From the NCBI GenBank assembly GCA_016199585.1, contig JACQGM010000364.1, positions 1-42,402 on the forward strand: DNA of 42,402 nt, written 5' to 3'. This document shows positions 1 to 13,659 of the stretch, piece after piece. Within the stretch, counting starts at the first letter, position 1. Every line of letters starts with the position of its first letter. The DNA is from Armatimonadota bacterium (lineage in GTDB: Bacteria > Armatimonadota > JAAZEB01). The notes beneath the pieces are model-generated. The model had not been told where the DNA came from. It did not search any database and saw only the letters and a list, made by a program, of their open reading frames with translations. Made by a program: the position numbers and the translations under genes.

Positions 1-1
1 C

Positions 2-57
2 CCCCATACTCCCATACCCCCATACCCCCATACTCCCATACCCCCATACCTCCATAC
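2..57. repeat. Tandem array of seven 8-bp units (CCCCATAC / TCCCATAC / CTCCATAC) at the window edge
   Basis: Read directly: CCCCATAC TCCCATAC CCCCATAC CCCCATAC TCCCATAC CCCCATAC CTCCATAC. The array may continue upstream of the window. Frame 1 stays open through it and stops at TGA 85-87, 6 nt before the ATG at 94. Confidence 0.9.
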
Positions 58-93
58 CTGTGTTCGTTTCACGACCTGGAGTACTGAAGACCG

Positions 94-3000
94 ATGTGGC
101 TCACACGCCTTTCCATACAGCGTCCGGTGTTCGTCATTGTGCTGATGGCGTTCTTCCTGGTGCTGGGGCTGCGCTCCCGCTCCGAGATGAACGTGGAGCT
201 CAACCCGCAGCTCGATATTCCCTGGGTCACCATCACCACGGTCTACCCCGGCGCGGGTCCCGAAGAGATCGAGACGCTGATCAGCAAGCCGATGGAGGAC
301 GCGGTCAGCGCCGTCAACAACGTCAAGAGCGTCGTCTCCACGTCGCAGTCGGGCGTCTCCAACGTCGCCCTGGAGTTCTACCTGGGAACGAAGGTGGACG
401 TCGCCTTCTCAGACGTGCGTCAGAAGGTGGATGCCGCCCGGCGCCTGCTGCCCCGCGACGCGGAGTCGCCGGTCGTCTCGAAGATTGACATCGGCGCCAT
501 GCCGATCCTCTACCTCGGCATGACGGGGGGCCGCTCGCTGCGCGATCTGCGCTACCTCGCCGACAACGTGGTGAAGTACCGCTTGGCGAAGGTGTCCGGA
601 GTCGGGTCCGTCGGGATCAGCGGCGGCGAGGTGCGCGAGGTGCGCGTCGCCGTAAACCGCGACCGGCTGCAGGCCTACGGGCTGACGATCAACAGCGTGG
701 TGGGGGCCCTCCAGCAGGCGAACCTGAACCTTCCCAGCGGGCGCATCACCGAGGGCGAGCGCGATTACGAGGCTCGCGTGATCGGCGAGTTCCAGAGCGT
801 GGACGAGATCCGCGCGCTGCGCGTGCCGGTGCGCCGGCCCACCGGGGCGCTCCTCAGCCTGCGCCTCGCCGACGTGGCCGACGTCACCGACACGACGCGC
901 GAGCCCACCGAGATCACCCGCGTCTACGAGCGGCGGGATGGCCGCATGGTGGGGAGCGAGAGCGTCGGCGTGGTGATCACCAAGCTCTCGGACGCCAACA
1001 CCGTGGCGGTCATTGATGACGTGAAGAAGGCGCTGGCCGGCCTGGAGAAGGATCTGCCGGGGAAGGTGCGGTTCGTCGTCACGACGGACCAATCCGACTA
1101 CATCAAGGCGTCGCTAGAGGACGTGAACGTCAGCCTCGTCCTCGGGTCTCTCCTCGCCGTGCTGGTGATCTTCCTCTTTCTGCACAACCTGCGCGGCACG
1201 ATCATCTGCGCCATCGCCATCCCCACGTCGCTGGTGGCGGCGTTTATCCCGATGAGCTTCCTCGGCTTCACCCTCAACCAGATGACGATGCTCGGTCTCT
1301 CGCTCGTGGTCGGCATCCTGGTGGACGACTCGATTGTGGTCCTCGAGAACATCTACCGGCACCTGGACCGGGGGGAGCGCCCGCGCGAAGCGGCCTACAA
1401 CGGCCGCAGCGAGATCGGCCTGGCGGCGATCACCATCACCATGGTGGACGTCGTCGTCTTCGTGCCGATCGCCTTCATGGGCGGCTATTCCGGCATGTTC
1501 TTCCGCCAGTTCGGCCTCACCGTCGCCGTCTCCACCCTCTTCTCGCTGCTGGTCTCCTTCACGGTGACCCCGATGCTCGCCTCGCGCTGGTATCGCGTCG
1601 GCGAGGAGATGGAGGCGAAGCGCGGCCTCTTCGGCCTGCTGGATCGCTTCTACCACGGTCTGGACGCGGGCTACCGCCGGCTGCTGGGATGGGCGCTGCG
1701 CCACCGGCCGCTGGTCGTCGTCGGCGGGGTGCTCTCGCTCGTGGGGACAATGATGGTCTTCGGCCCGCGGCTGGGGTTCGAGTTCTTCCCGCAGATGGAC
1801 CAGGGCCAGCTCAACGTGTCCGTCGAGATGCCGGCGGGCACCTCCTTGGAGCGCACCGACCGCGTGCTGAAGCGCGTCGAGAAGGTGCTGCACGAGATCC
1901 CCGAAGTGGCGACGACGTTCGCCAACGCGGGCAACATCTCCGGAGGGATGCGTGCGTCGGCGGAGCGCGGGCGCCAGTTCGGTCAGGTGGCCGTGGCGCT
2001 GAACGACAAGAGGGGGTTGGCGCACGTCATCGGGCTGGAGAAGGCCCACGGCCCGCTGCGCACCCGCGCGGACTACGAGGTGGCGGCAGACGCCCGCCGT
2101 CGCCTGCGAGACATTCCCGGCGCGCTCATCACGGTGATGACCGCCAGCGGGTTCGGCGGCTCCGAAGCCCCGATCCAGATCGAGATCTCCGGCTTCGACT
2201 TCACCCAGATGAGCCGCGTGGCCGATCAGGTGCGCTCCCGCCTCGAGACTGCGGAGGGCGTGCGCGATGCCGACATCTCGCTGCGCGCCGGCAAGCCGGA
2301 GCTGCAAGTGCGCCTGGACCGCGTCCGCGCCGCGGCGCTCGGGATGGACTTGAGCAGCGTGGCGATGGCGCTGCGCAACTCACTGGAGGGGAACACCGAC
2401 AGCAAGTTCCGCGAGCGCGGCGAGGAGTTCGATATCCGGGTGCAGTTCGCCGACGTGGACCGCAACCGCGTTGACTCGCTGCGCCAGGTGGTGGTGGGCA
2501 GCGCCGTGTCGCGCACGGGCGCGGTGGAGCCGGTCTACGTCGGAGACGTCGCCAACATCGCCTACGGGGCCGGCCCCTCGAAAATTGACCGCGAGGACCG
2601 CGTGCGCCGGGTGTTGGTGACGGCCTACCTGGAGCCGGGCTACCCGCTGGGCAACGTCCAGCAGAAGGTGGCGCCGACGCTGCGCGACATTCCTCTGGGC
2701 GACATGCGCCTGAACTGGGGCGGCGAGGCGGAGGTCATGGCGGACGAGAGCCGCTACATGTTCTCGGCGCTGCTCCTCGCCGTCGTCCTGGTCTACCTGC
2801 TGATGGCGGCGCTCTTCAACAACCTGCTGCACCCGTTCACGATCATGCTCTCGCTGCCGATGGCGCTGGTGGGCGCGGTGGTGGCCCTGGTCATCGCCGG
2901 GAAGACGATGAGCATCGTGGCGATGATTGGCATCATCATGCTGGTGGGGTTGGTGACGAAGAACGCCATCCTGCTCGTGGACTACACGAACACGCTGCGG

Positions 3001-3309
3001 GAGCGCGGCATCGAGCGGAACCGGGCGATCCAGGAGGCCGGCCCCACCCGCCTCCGCCCGATCCTGATGACGACCACGGCGATGGTCCTCGGCATGATGC
3101 CGATCGCCCTCGGCATCGGGCGCGCTTCGGAGATGCGCTCGCCCCTCGCCACCGCGGTGATCGGCGGCCTGATCATCTCGATGCTCCTCACCCTGGTGAT
3201 GATCCCGGTGATCTACAGCCTCTTCGACGACGCCACGCAGGGGTTGGTCCGGGCGATCCGGTGGGTGGGGCGGGGGCTCGCGGGGCGCGGTCGCACGCCG
3301 CGGGCGTGA
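94..3309 (+). CDS. RND (AcrB/HAE1-type) efflux transporter permease subunit
   Basis: 1071-aa ORF. The N-terminus MWLTRLSIQRPVFVIVLMAFF and the alternation of TM bundles with two large periplasmic loops are typical of AcrB-family pumps. GC3 coding bias is strong, and the overlapping antisense ORFs are shadows. Confidence 0.93.
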   Translation: MWLTRLSIQRPVFVIVLMAFFLVLGLRSRSEMNVELNPQLDIPWVTITTVYPGAGPEEIETLISKPMEDAVSAVNNVKSVVSTSQSGVSNVALEFYLGTKVDVAFSDVRQKVDAARRLLPRDAESPVVSKIDIGAMPILYLGMTGGRSLRDLRYLADNVVKYRLAKVSGVGSVGISGGEVREVRVAVNRDRLQAYGLTINSVVGALQQANLNLPSGRITEGERDYEARVIGEFQSVDEIRALRVPVRRPTGALLSLRLADVADVTDTTREPTEITRVYERRDGRMVGSESVGVVITKLSDANTVAVIDDVKKALAGLEKDLPGKVRFVVTTDQSDYIKASLEDVNVSLVLGSLLAVLVIFLFLHNLRGTIICAIAIPTSLVAAFIPMSFLGFTLNQMTMLGLSLVVGILVDDSIVVLENIYRHLDRGERPREAAYNGRSEIGLAAITITMVDVVVFVPIAFMGGYSGMFFRQFGLTVAVSTLFSLLVSFTVTPMLASRWYRVGEEMEAKRGLFGLLDRFYHGLDAGYRRLLGWALRHRPLVVVGGVLSLVGTMMVFGPRLGFEFFPQMDQGQLNVSVEMPAGTSLERTDRVLKRVEKVLHEIPEVATTFANAGNISGGMRASAERGRQFGQVAVALNDKRGLAHVIGLEKAHGPLRTRADYEVAADARRRLRDIPGALITVMTASGFGGSEAPIQIEISGFDFTQMSRVADQVRSRLETAEGVRDADISLRAGKPELQVRLDRVRAAALGMDLSSVAMALRNSLEGNTDSKFRERGEEFDIRVQFADVDRNRVDSLRQVVVGSAVSRTGAVEPVYVGDVANIAYGAGPSKIDREDRVRRVLVTAYLEPGYPLGNVQQKVAPTLRDIPLGDMRLNWGGEAEVMADESRYMFSALLLAVVLVYLLMAALFNNLLHPFTIMLSLPMALVGAVVALVIAGKTMSIVAMIGIIMLVGLVTKNAILLVDYTNTLRERGIERNRAIQEAGPTRLRPILMTTTAMVLGMMPIALGIGRASEMRSPLATAVIGGLIISMLLTLVMIPVIYSLFDDATQGLVRAIRWVGRGLAGRGRTPRA

Positions 3310-3342
3310 GGCGGCTTCCGATCCCACAGGGAGAGGCGGCCT

Positions 3343-3390
3343 GGTGCGTGACGAGTGAGGCGTGAGGCCGAGCGCCACTCGTCACGCACC
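3343..3390. terminator. 15-bp perfect inverted repeat (GGTGCGTGACGAGTG ... CACTCGTCACGCACC) with an 18-nt loop, between convergent genes
   Basis: Arms at 3343-3357 and 3376-3390 are exact reverse complements. It lies between the stop of the RND gene (3309) and the stop of the minus-strand Rpn gene (3396). There is no U-tract, so a role as an intrinsic terminator is only inferred. Confidence 0.5.
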
Positions 3391-3395
3391 ACTCA

Positions 3396-4340
3396 TCAGC
3401 CCCCGGGGGTGCCCCGCGTGCCGCTTGGCCTCTCAGCCACCACTTCCTCTGCGGAAGCGGCCACGGCCGCGCGGGCGATCCACCGGTCCAGGGCGGCCCC
3501 GTCGGTGCAGGCGAGGATGCGCGCCCGCGCCTCCCTGTCCACGGCAATCCCGCGCGCGGCGAGGACCGCCAGCACCGCCTCGGCCCTCGCCTCAGCTCTC
3601 CCCTCCGCCCTCCCTCTGGCTTCCCGGGCGGCACCGTAGTCGCGCGCCTGCTGGATCTCGTCCATCACCTTCCGGTAGGCCTCCATCTCCAACCGCGAGA
3701 ACGTGGCTTCGTTCGCCAACTGCACCGCCTCCCGGTGCGGCCCCGGGGGCAGGTCGGCCGGCATCTCGGTCAGCTCCGGCGCGTGGACGAACAGCCAGGC
3801 CCACAGGTCCGCCCCGCCGCTCGGCCGACCCTCCGGCAGCTTCGACAACTCCAGGAAGGCGTATTGCACTTGCAGGACCTCCTGGTTGCCGGAGGCCCGC
3901 TCCGTCATGTTCCAGCGGCTGAGCATCGGCACCCGCGGCAGCACGGCGGCGTCCTGTTCGGCATCCGGCCAGAGGGCGAAGTCGCAGATGGAGATGACCA
4001 CTACGTCTGCCAGCCTGGCGTACGACTCCCCTGCCTGGAGCTGGTCAACGTATGCCTTGCAGGCGTTGTAGACGACTCGGTTGACGAAGCCGGGCACGTG
4101 GAGCAGCTGCATCTCGACGACGAAGGTAGTGCCGGAGCGGTCGCGGCAGCGGACGTCGAGGATGGAGAGCTTGGCCCCGGCCACCAGGGGGAGCTGTTCG
4201 CTCGGCAGGTAATCGATGACCTCGATGGTCTGGTCGCCGCGCCGGTCCAGGAGGTTGTTGAGGAGGCCCCGGAGGATCTCCGGGTGGCCGGCGAAGATGC
4301 GGCGGAAGACGAAGTCGTTCTTCAGGTCGGCGAAAGGCAT
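3396..4340 (-). CDS. Rpn/YhgA-like PD-(D/E)XK recombination-promoting nuclease (putative transposase family) with a DUF4351-like C-terminal tail
   Basis: 314-aa ORF. The N-terminus MPFADLKNDFVFRRIFAGHPEILRGLLNNLL matches my memory of the Rpn / TIGR01784 family. The C-terminal Arg/Ala-rich helix region resembles DUF4351. An SD-like GAGGTGAG lies upstream of the ATG at 4340. Confidence 0.8.
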   Translation of the reverse strand: MPFADLKNDFVFRRIFAGHPEILRGLLNNLLDRRGDQTIEVIDYLPSEQLPLVAGAKLSILDVRCRDRSGTTFVVEMQLLHVPGFVNRVVYNACKAYVDQLQAGESYARLADVVVISICDFALWPDAEQDAAVLPRVPMLSRWNMTERASGNQEVLQVQYAFLELSKLPEGRPSGGADLWAWLFVHAPELTEMPADLPPGPHREAVQLANEATFSRLEMEAYRKVMDEIQQARDYGAAREARGRAEGRAEARAEAVLAVLAARGIAVDREARARILACTDGAALDRWIARAAVAASAEEVVAERPSGTRGTPGG

Positions 4341-4363
4341 GGCTCGCTCACCTCGCTGAGGGT

Positions 4364-4369
4364 AGTATA
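4364..4369 (-). promoter_or_regulatory. Candidate -10 hexamer TATACT (minus strand) upstream of the Rpn gene
   Basis: Plus-strand AGTATA at 4364-4369 reads TATACT on the minus strand, 23 nt upstream of the ATG at 4340. It is a local AT-rich spot in GC-rich DNA. No clear -35 element. Confidence 0.35.
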
Positions 4370-4406
4370 GCGGGAAAGGGGCTTGGGCGCAAGGGGGGCG
4401 TGTTCC

Positions 4407-4436
4407 CCACAGCCCTGGGGCGCCCCCGGGCTGTGG
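4407..4436. terminator. 30-nt GC-rich near-perfect palindrome downstream of the 4443..5090 gene
   Basis: CCACAGCCCTGGGGC|GCCCCCGGGCTGTGG. The two halves are reverse complements except for one position. It sits 7 nt after the stop of the minus-strand gene. No U-tract. Confidence 0.5.
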
Positions 4437-4442
4437 GCCGCG

Positions 4443-5090
4443 CTACTGCCGCTCCGGCAGCAGCCGGCGCAACTGCTGTGCTTCCGTCTCGGAGAGTGGC
4501 CGACCGGAGTTCATGTAGGGCAGTGCGAATACGGTGCTCCCGTTTCCCCCTCGAGATTGCAGGAGCCGGACAATCCCCTCTGACAGCTCTCCCGTGGGTT
4601 CCTCTAGGAACTCTCCCGTGGGTTCCCTCGGCATCGCCACGTGCTTGCGGAAGTCGTAGCCTGCTACGTAGAGAAGCTGGTAGGCCCCCTTGAACCCCTT
4701 GCCGCTGCCCTGGCCGACCTTGGCTCGGACGGCGAAGACAGACCCATCACCCGACCAGACGGCGCCCTGCATCTTGATGGAACCGTCGGAGGCGTACGTG
4801 CCGCCAAGGAAGATGGGAGACGCGCCCCGCTTGCCGTCGCTGACGAGAACCCAGGCATCGCTTCCCGCAAGGGAAGAGGGATCAGTGACCAGCCATGCTG
4901 TACCGATCCTGGCGGGACTTGGCGCTGCGGACTTGAGCAAGGGGGCCTCCCACGTCCGCCCGGAGTCGTGGAAGAGAGAACCCAGACAAGAGATGAGCAG
5001 AAACAGACCGAAGGCGAGGGCGTAGGCACCCAGCAGAAGGGCTGCGCAGAGGCGACCTACCCATCGGATAGCGTCCCGCAGGCGCTCCAT
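4443..5090 (-). CDS. Hypothetical N-terminally membrane-anchored protein
   Basis: 215-aa ORF. ATG at 5090 is preceded by GGAGGGAAG. One N-terminal TM helix (LCAALLLGAYALAFGLFLLISCLG) is followed by a soluble domain of normal composition. It contains an internal 24-bp tandem duplication (4587-4602 / 4611-4626, EPTGEFLE/EPTGELSE). No family recognised. Confidence 0.7.
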   Translation of the reverse strand: MERLRDAIRWVGRLCAALLLGAYALAFGLFLLISCLGSLFHDSGRTWEAPLLKSAAPSPARIGTAWLVTDPSSLAGSDAWVLVSDGKRGASPIFLGGTYASDGSIKMQGAVWSGDGSVFAVRAKVGQGSGKGFKGAYQLLYVAGYDFRKHVAMPREPTGEFLEEPTGELSEGIVRLLQSRGGNGSTVFALPYMNSGRPLSETEAQQLRRLLPERQ

Positions 5091-5119
5091 GGTCTTCCCT
5101 CCAGCAATCTGTCACGTCC

Positions 5120-5425
5120 TCACGCTCCGCCGGTTCTGGCGCGGCGGCCGATCTCGGCGTGAGGAATGCCCTCGCCGCGCCGGCAGGCTTCCCGCGACTC
5201 CGCGTCGAGGCGCTGCTCCTCCTCAATATGGGGGTCGTCGTCCTCCGGCGCGCTCGCCAGAAACGCGATGAGCGGATCGTCTGCAGGGACCAGGCCGCGC
5301 AGCATCCGGGCAACGACCGCCAGGTCCGCCTCGGACAGCCGGTCCAACAGGCTGTGCGCTTCCTGTTTCGTGCTCGTGATGGCGTCTCCCAAGCCCATGA
5401 TACCACGGATGAGGGTGCGCGGCAA
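5120..5425 (-). CDS. Small hypothetical protein, antitoxin-like in layout
   Basis: 101-aa ORF with a TTG start at 5425 and GGAG 6 nt upstream; an alternative ATG is at 5398. The segment KQEAHSLLDRLSEADLAVVARMLRGLV followed by an acidic region and ...GEGIPHAEI resembles small type II antitoxin-like proteins I remember. No cognate toxin is adjacent. Confidence 0.4.
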   Translation of the reverse strand: MPRTLIRGIMGLGDAITSTKQEAHSLLDRLSEADLAVVARMLRGLVPADDPLIAFLASAPEDDDPHIEEEQRLDAESREACRRGEGIPHAEIGRRARTGGA

Positions 5426-5566
5426 CTCCCACTCCGCGTGGTAACTGCCATGCGCGAGCCGCGGCGGAGCTGCGCGCGCGATAGGCGGCGGTTCGCCGTC
5501 CGCCGGAACCGGCTGTTCGCTGACCGTCTCTCGCCGTCCGGTCAGAAGCCCTCGCAGACGTTGACG

Positions 5567-10345
<4,779 letters not shown>

Positions 10346-10389
10346 TCGGGCACTTGGTCGCCGTCGCGCGTGGGCTGCACCAGGGCTGC

Positions 10390-10589
10390 GGAGTGATGGC
10401 CCGGGGATGCGCGGCGGTGACCTCCGGGCAGCGCGCGAAGTCGCTCGGGTTGAGGGTGAGCAGGTGGGTGATGCCATGCGCCAGCATCACCGCCGCCAGG
10501 CGAGCGTCGTGTGCCTTCACACCGGAGACGGCGTGGGTGGCGACAAGGCGGCGCCACCGGGGGTACACCTCAGGTAGGTCCGGCACCAT
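10390..10589 (-). pseudogene. Relic of a PIN-domain (VapC-like) toxin gene, C-terminal third only
   Basis: Translation EVYPRWRRLVATHAVSGVKAHDARLAAVMLAHGITHLLTLNPSDFARCPEVTAAHP matches the C-terminal part of PIN toxins (..V.G.Q.HDA.LVA.M..HG...LLTFN..DF.R....V.P). The N-terminal two-thirds with the first catalytic acidic residues is missing. The frame has no nearby stop and runs on into the 3' end of the convergent gene. Confidence 0.65.
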
Positions 10590-10629
10590 GCGGAACGCGG
10601 GCCGCGCCGGTGTGAGGAGTCCGCCCGGC

Positions 10630-12276
10630 TCACTCCTTCCCGGGGTTCACCACCTCGAAGGCCGTCTGGTGCTCGGCATTCGTCTCCTGGTAGGCGGTCC
10701 ACGCGGCTTTCTGCAGCGCTGCGGCTTCCTCCGGCGAGAGACCATCCGGCTCCAGCGTTGGGGCCCTATGGGTGAGGCCAACAGGACTCAGACCGGTGAT
10801 CGCCGAGTAGATGCAGCAGGCCGCCATGTAGCCGCCTTTCTTCGACGTGTGTACCGCATCGCGACCGTACAGGGCCCGGCGCTCCTCATCTGGGGGATTC
10901 GGACCCAGATACGTCATCCAGGCACGGCACGACGGCGCCACGGGGGCTCTCAGCGCCTTGCCCAGGGCCACGTTCTCCTCGTGGAAGCTCTGGAACTTCT
11001 CCGGGTAGGGGTAGCTGTAGTTCACCGGACTCTCGTAGAGGGCCGGCCTGGCGCCCCTGCTGCGGATGAGGTCGGTGAACAGGGTCCCGTACTTGAAAAG
11101 GCCATCGTGGGGGAGGGTGAAGAACGTCTCCAGGACCACGAAATCCCATGGCTCCGTGGCGATCTTGGCCCGGGCGGTGTCCGGGCCGGCGCCCTCTTCC
11201 CAGAACCAGTTGATCATCCTTCCGCCGCGGGTGAACTCGTCCGTGATGATCCGGGGGCACCCGGGCGGCGCGGATGCCGCCAGCGCCTCTACGAGCAGGG
11301 GGATGCTCCACACCTGCGTGTGGCTGGCGCCGATGAAGAGCACGGTGAGCGCCTTCTCGCCATCGAGGCGGCGCTCCCTCAGGCAGAGCCGCAGCTTCGC
11401 CTCATGAGTCTGCCTGGCCGTCGCGCCCGGCATCGCCAGGACCTTCCGCAGCTCCGGCGTGGCGCGATCGAAGTCGCGCGCGCGGTAGTCGCTGAGACCG
11501 ATGCCCAACTGCGCTTCAGCCCTGCTGGCGTCGGGGACGCCCTCCAGGGCGAGGACACTCGCGAATTCGCTCTTCGCCGCGGTGCAGTTCCCCTCCGAGA
11601 GATAGCTCTGCCCCATCAGCACCCGGGCGGATGCCTTCGAGGCCGGGGGCAGCCCCCGGGTCGCCAGGATTTCGGCCAGCACGGAGCGAGCGTCGCCGTA
11701 CGCCTTCTCGGAGAAGAACGCGCGAACGATGGCCATCCGGGCATCCACCTTCTGCTGGAGAGAGGCGCCGGGGATTCCCGGGACTCGGGAGAACGCCGCT
11801 CTCGCCTCGGCCCACTCTCTCAGGCGGCCCAGGCTCTGCCCGATGGTCATCTGGGCCTGCACCTTCCATTCGACGGGCGCCCCTGCCATCGCCAGCACTT
11901 TCTCCATCTCGCCCCTCGCCTCGGGGAGCTTCCCCTCCAGGAAGTAGCTGGCGCCAAGGCGGCACCGTGCCTCCGCTGCCTGCTCCAGGGTGACGCCCTC
12001 GGTGGCGAGCGCCTTCTCAAACTCGGCTCGCGCCCGGGCATGCTCCTTCTCCGCATTCCGCGAGATGCCGATGCCGATCAGCGCGGCAGCCCTCTCGGGG
12101 CCGCTGCCCGCCAGCCTCAGCGCCTCCTCAAAATCCCTTCTCGCCTCGGCGTACTGCCCGGCCCGCAGCCTGGCCTGCCCGGCTTCATAGGCGTCCTCGC
12201 TCCCGGACGCGCCCGCTGAAGCCAGAACGCCCGCCAGACACGCGCACGCGGTGATCCGCCGCGAAAGACCCACCAC
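10630..12276 (-). CDS. Secreted TPR-repeat protein with a C-terminal SGNH/GDSL-like (DUF4886-type) hydrolase domain
   Basis: Start moved to the GTG at 12276, with AAGGAGG 5 nt upstream. A signal peptide is followed by ~300 aa of TPR-like helical repeats (AEARRDFEEAL..., EARGEMEKVL...). The C-terminus has LTVLFIGASHTQVW... and a layout typical of SGNH-like esterases. Confidence 0.8.
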   Translation of the reverse strand: MVGLSRRITACACLAGVLASAGASGSEDAYEAGQARLRAGQYAEARRDFEEALRLAGSGPERAAALIGIGISRNAEKEHARARAEFEKALATEGVTLEQAAEARCRLGASYFLEGKLPEARGEMEKVLAMAGAPVEWKVQAQMTIGQSLGRLREWAEARAAFSRVPGIPGASLQQKVDARMAIVRAFFSEKAYGDARSVLAEILATRGLPPASKASARVLMGQSYLSEGNCTAAKSEFASVLALEGVPDASRAEAQLGIGLSDYRARDFDRATPELRKVLAMPGATARQTHEAKLRLCLRERRLDGEKALTVLFIGASHTQVWSIPLLVEALAASAPPGCPRIITDEFTRGGRMINWFWEEGAGPDTARAKIATEPWDFVVLETFFTLPHDGLFKYGTLFTDLIRSRGARPALYESPVNYSYPYPEKFQSFHEENVALGKALRAPVAPSCRAWMTYLGPNPPDEERRALYGRDAVHTSKKGGYMAACCIYSAITGLSPVGLTHRAPTLEPDGLSPEEAAALQKAAWTAYQETNAEHQTAFEVVNPGKE

Positions 12277-12343
12277 GATTGCCTCCTTTCCTCCCACAGC
12301 ACCTGTTCGGGGCCATCGGAAGAAGCGTGATCATCAGCCCACA

Positions 12344-13240
12344 TCAGACCACAGCCTCCACCAGCGGCAGCACGTTCCGCTCGACGCTCCCTTCGTCGGA
12401 GACGTCCACGTCGCGGAAGAGGCGCCACTCCTCCACGTGCTCGATGGTCTCGCCCGGAGCCACGGTGCGCAGCGGACCCAGTGTCTCCAACTCCAGCATC
12501 GCTTCGTTGGTGTACATCTCCACGCTGCAGCCGCAGTCCGGGTAGCGGGCGCCATCCTGGTAGGCGAACCGCTTCAGGAAGAGGTGGCCGCGGCGCGCAT
12601 GGGCACACCAGCCGGCGTCCACGTCCAGGCCCACCTTGATCGGGCCGCGCTCCGGGTCCTGGCGAAGCCGGAGATACCGGCTACCCAACATCAGGCGCGG
12701 GTCGGTCGGGTCGGTGTAGGGCCACAGGACCAGCACGCGGTTGGGGAGCAGGTTGTGGGGCACCGACCGCTGCGACTGCGGAGCGATCCCGAAGCCGCCG
12801 GGGGCCATAACCGAGAGAGCCCACGCGGCCATCTCGACCGGCCACGGCCCGGCGTTGCGCAGGCGGTGCGTCACCCGCACGCGCGCCTCCGCCGGCGAGA
12901 GCGCGACCGCCATCTCCTTCTGGATGCCGGTCTGTGGCTCGACCGGCTGGATCAGGCGCAGGGTGTCGCCATCCGTGCGGGCCTCGATCGGGGAGTCGTC
13001 GGGGGAGTAGCTGCGCGGCATCGCCTCGGGCGAGTGCCACAGGCGGTGCCCCCCGTAGATGTGCCACGCGCGACCGCCCGTCTGCATCACCATCTCGGGC
13101 AGCTCGGCGAACTCGTTCTCGCCTCCGAGGAAGGCGAGCCGGATGATACGCGGGCCGACGTCGGTCGTCGCGACTACCTCGATCTGTCCATTGGCCAGGC
13201 GGCAGCAGTTCGGCCAGACTCCATAGCTCACTCTCTCCAC
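12344..13240 (-). CDS. DUF4380-like (galactose-mutarotase-like fold) protein
   Basis: Start chosen at the GTG at 13240, with GGAGG 7 nt upstream. The longer ORF to 13423 adds a low-complexity Arg/Ser/Pro extension. The 298-aa product resembles DUF4380 proteins from memory. The function call is tentative. Confidence 0.65.
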   Translation of the reverse strand: MERVSYGVWPNCCRLANGQIEVVATTDVGPRIIRLAFLGGENEFAELPEMVMQTGGRAWHIYGGHRLWHSPEAMPRSYSPDDSPIEARTDGDTLRLIQPVEPQTGIQKEMAVALSPAEARVRVTHRLRNAGPWPVEMAAWALSVMAPGGFGIAPQSQRSVPHNLLPNRVLVLWPYTDPTDPRLMLGSRYLRLRQDPERGPIKVGLDVDAGWCAHARRGHLFLKRFAYQDGARYPDCGCSVEMYTNEAMLELETLGPLRTVAPGETIEHVEEWRLFRDVDVSDEGSVERNVLPLVEAVV

Positions 13241-13659
13241 GGATGTGCCTCCTATCGTCCGAGTGTCACGGACACTTCTGCTTCGATGGGGAGGTTCGAC
13301 GTGCAGCGGCGTTGCCCTGTCGGTTGCGGAGGCAGCACCCATTTCGCTGGCGGTATCGGCGGCAGGCAGCCGATGGCGCGTTCTCCCCGGTGACGATCCG
13401 AAACGGGCTCGCAGGCTCGGCACGCGGAAGGAAGGCAGCGGCGCGCGCCGAATAGTGGCGGCGATCCAGACACGTCGTCGGGCCTGAAGGCGGCCTGCCC
13501 GGCGTCAGGGGCACACCCCTGCGCCGGGGCACCGCAGGCAAGTGTAACGCACGGTAGTAGAAGCGTGATGAGAACCATACGGGCGTACTGCGGACGCGGC
13601 GGCCAGGCACTACGGTCCCCGCCGCTGCCGGCGCTCGTCGGTGCGGGAGGGGTAGCGCA

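Noticed and set aside
3396-4340. Rpn-family gene as an active insertion sequence
   Set aside because: No terminal inverted repeats or target duplications flank it. The 15-bp inverted repeat at 3343-3390 is a single hairpin on one side only. Rpn proteins are not classical DDE transposases, so no mobile element is called.
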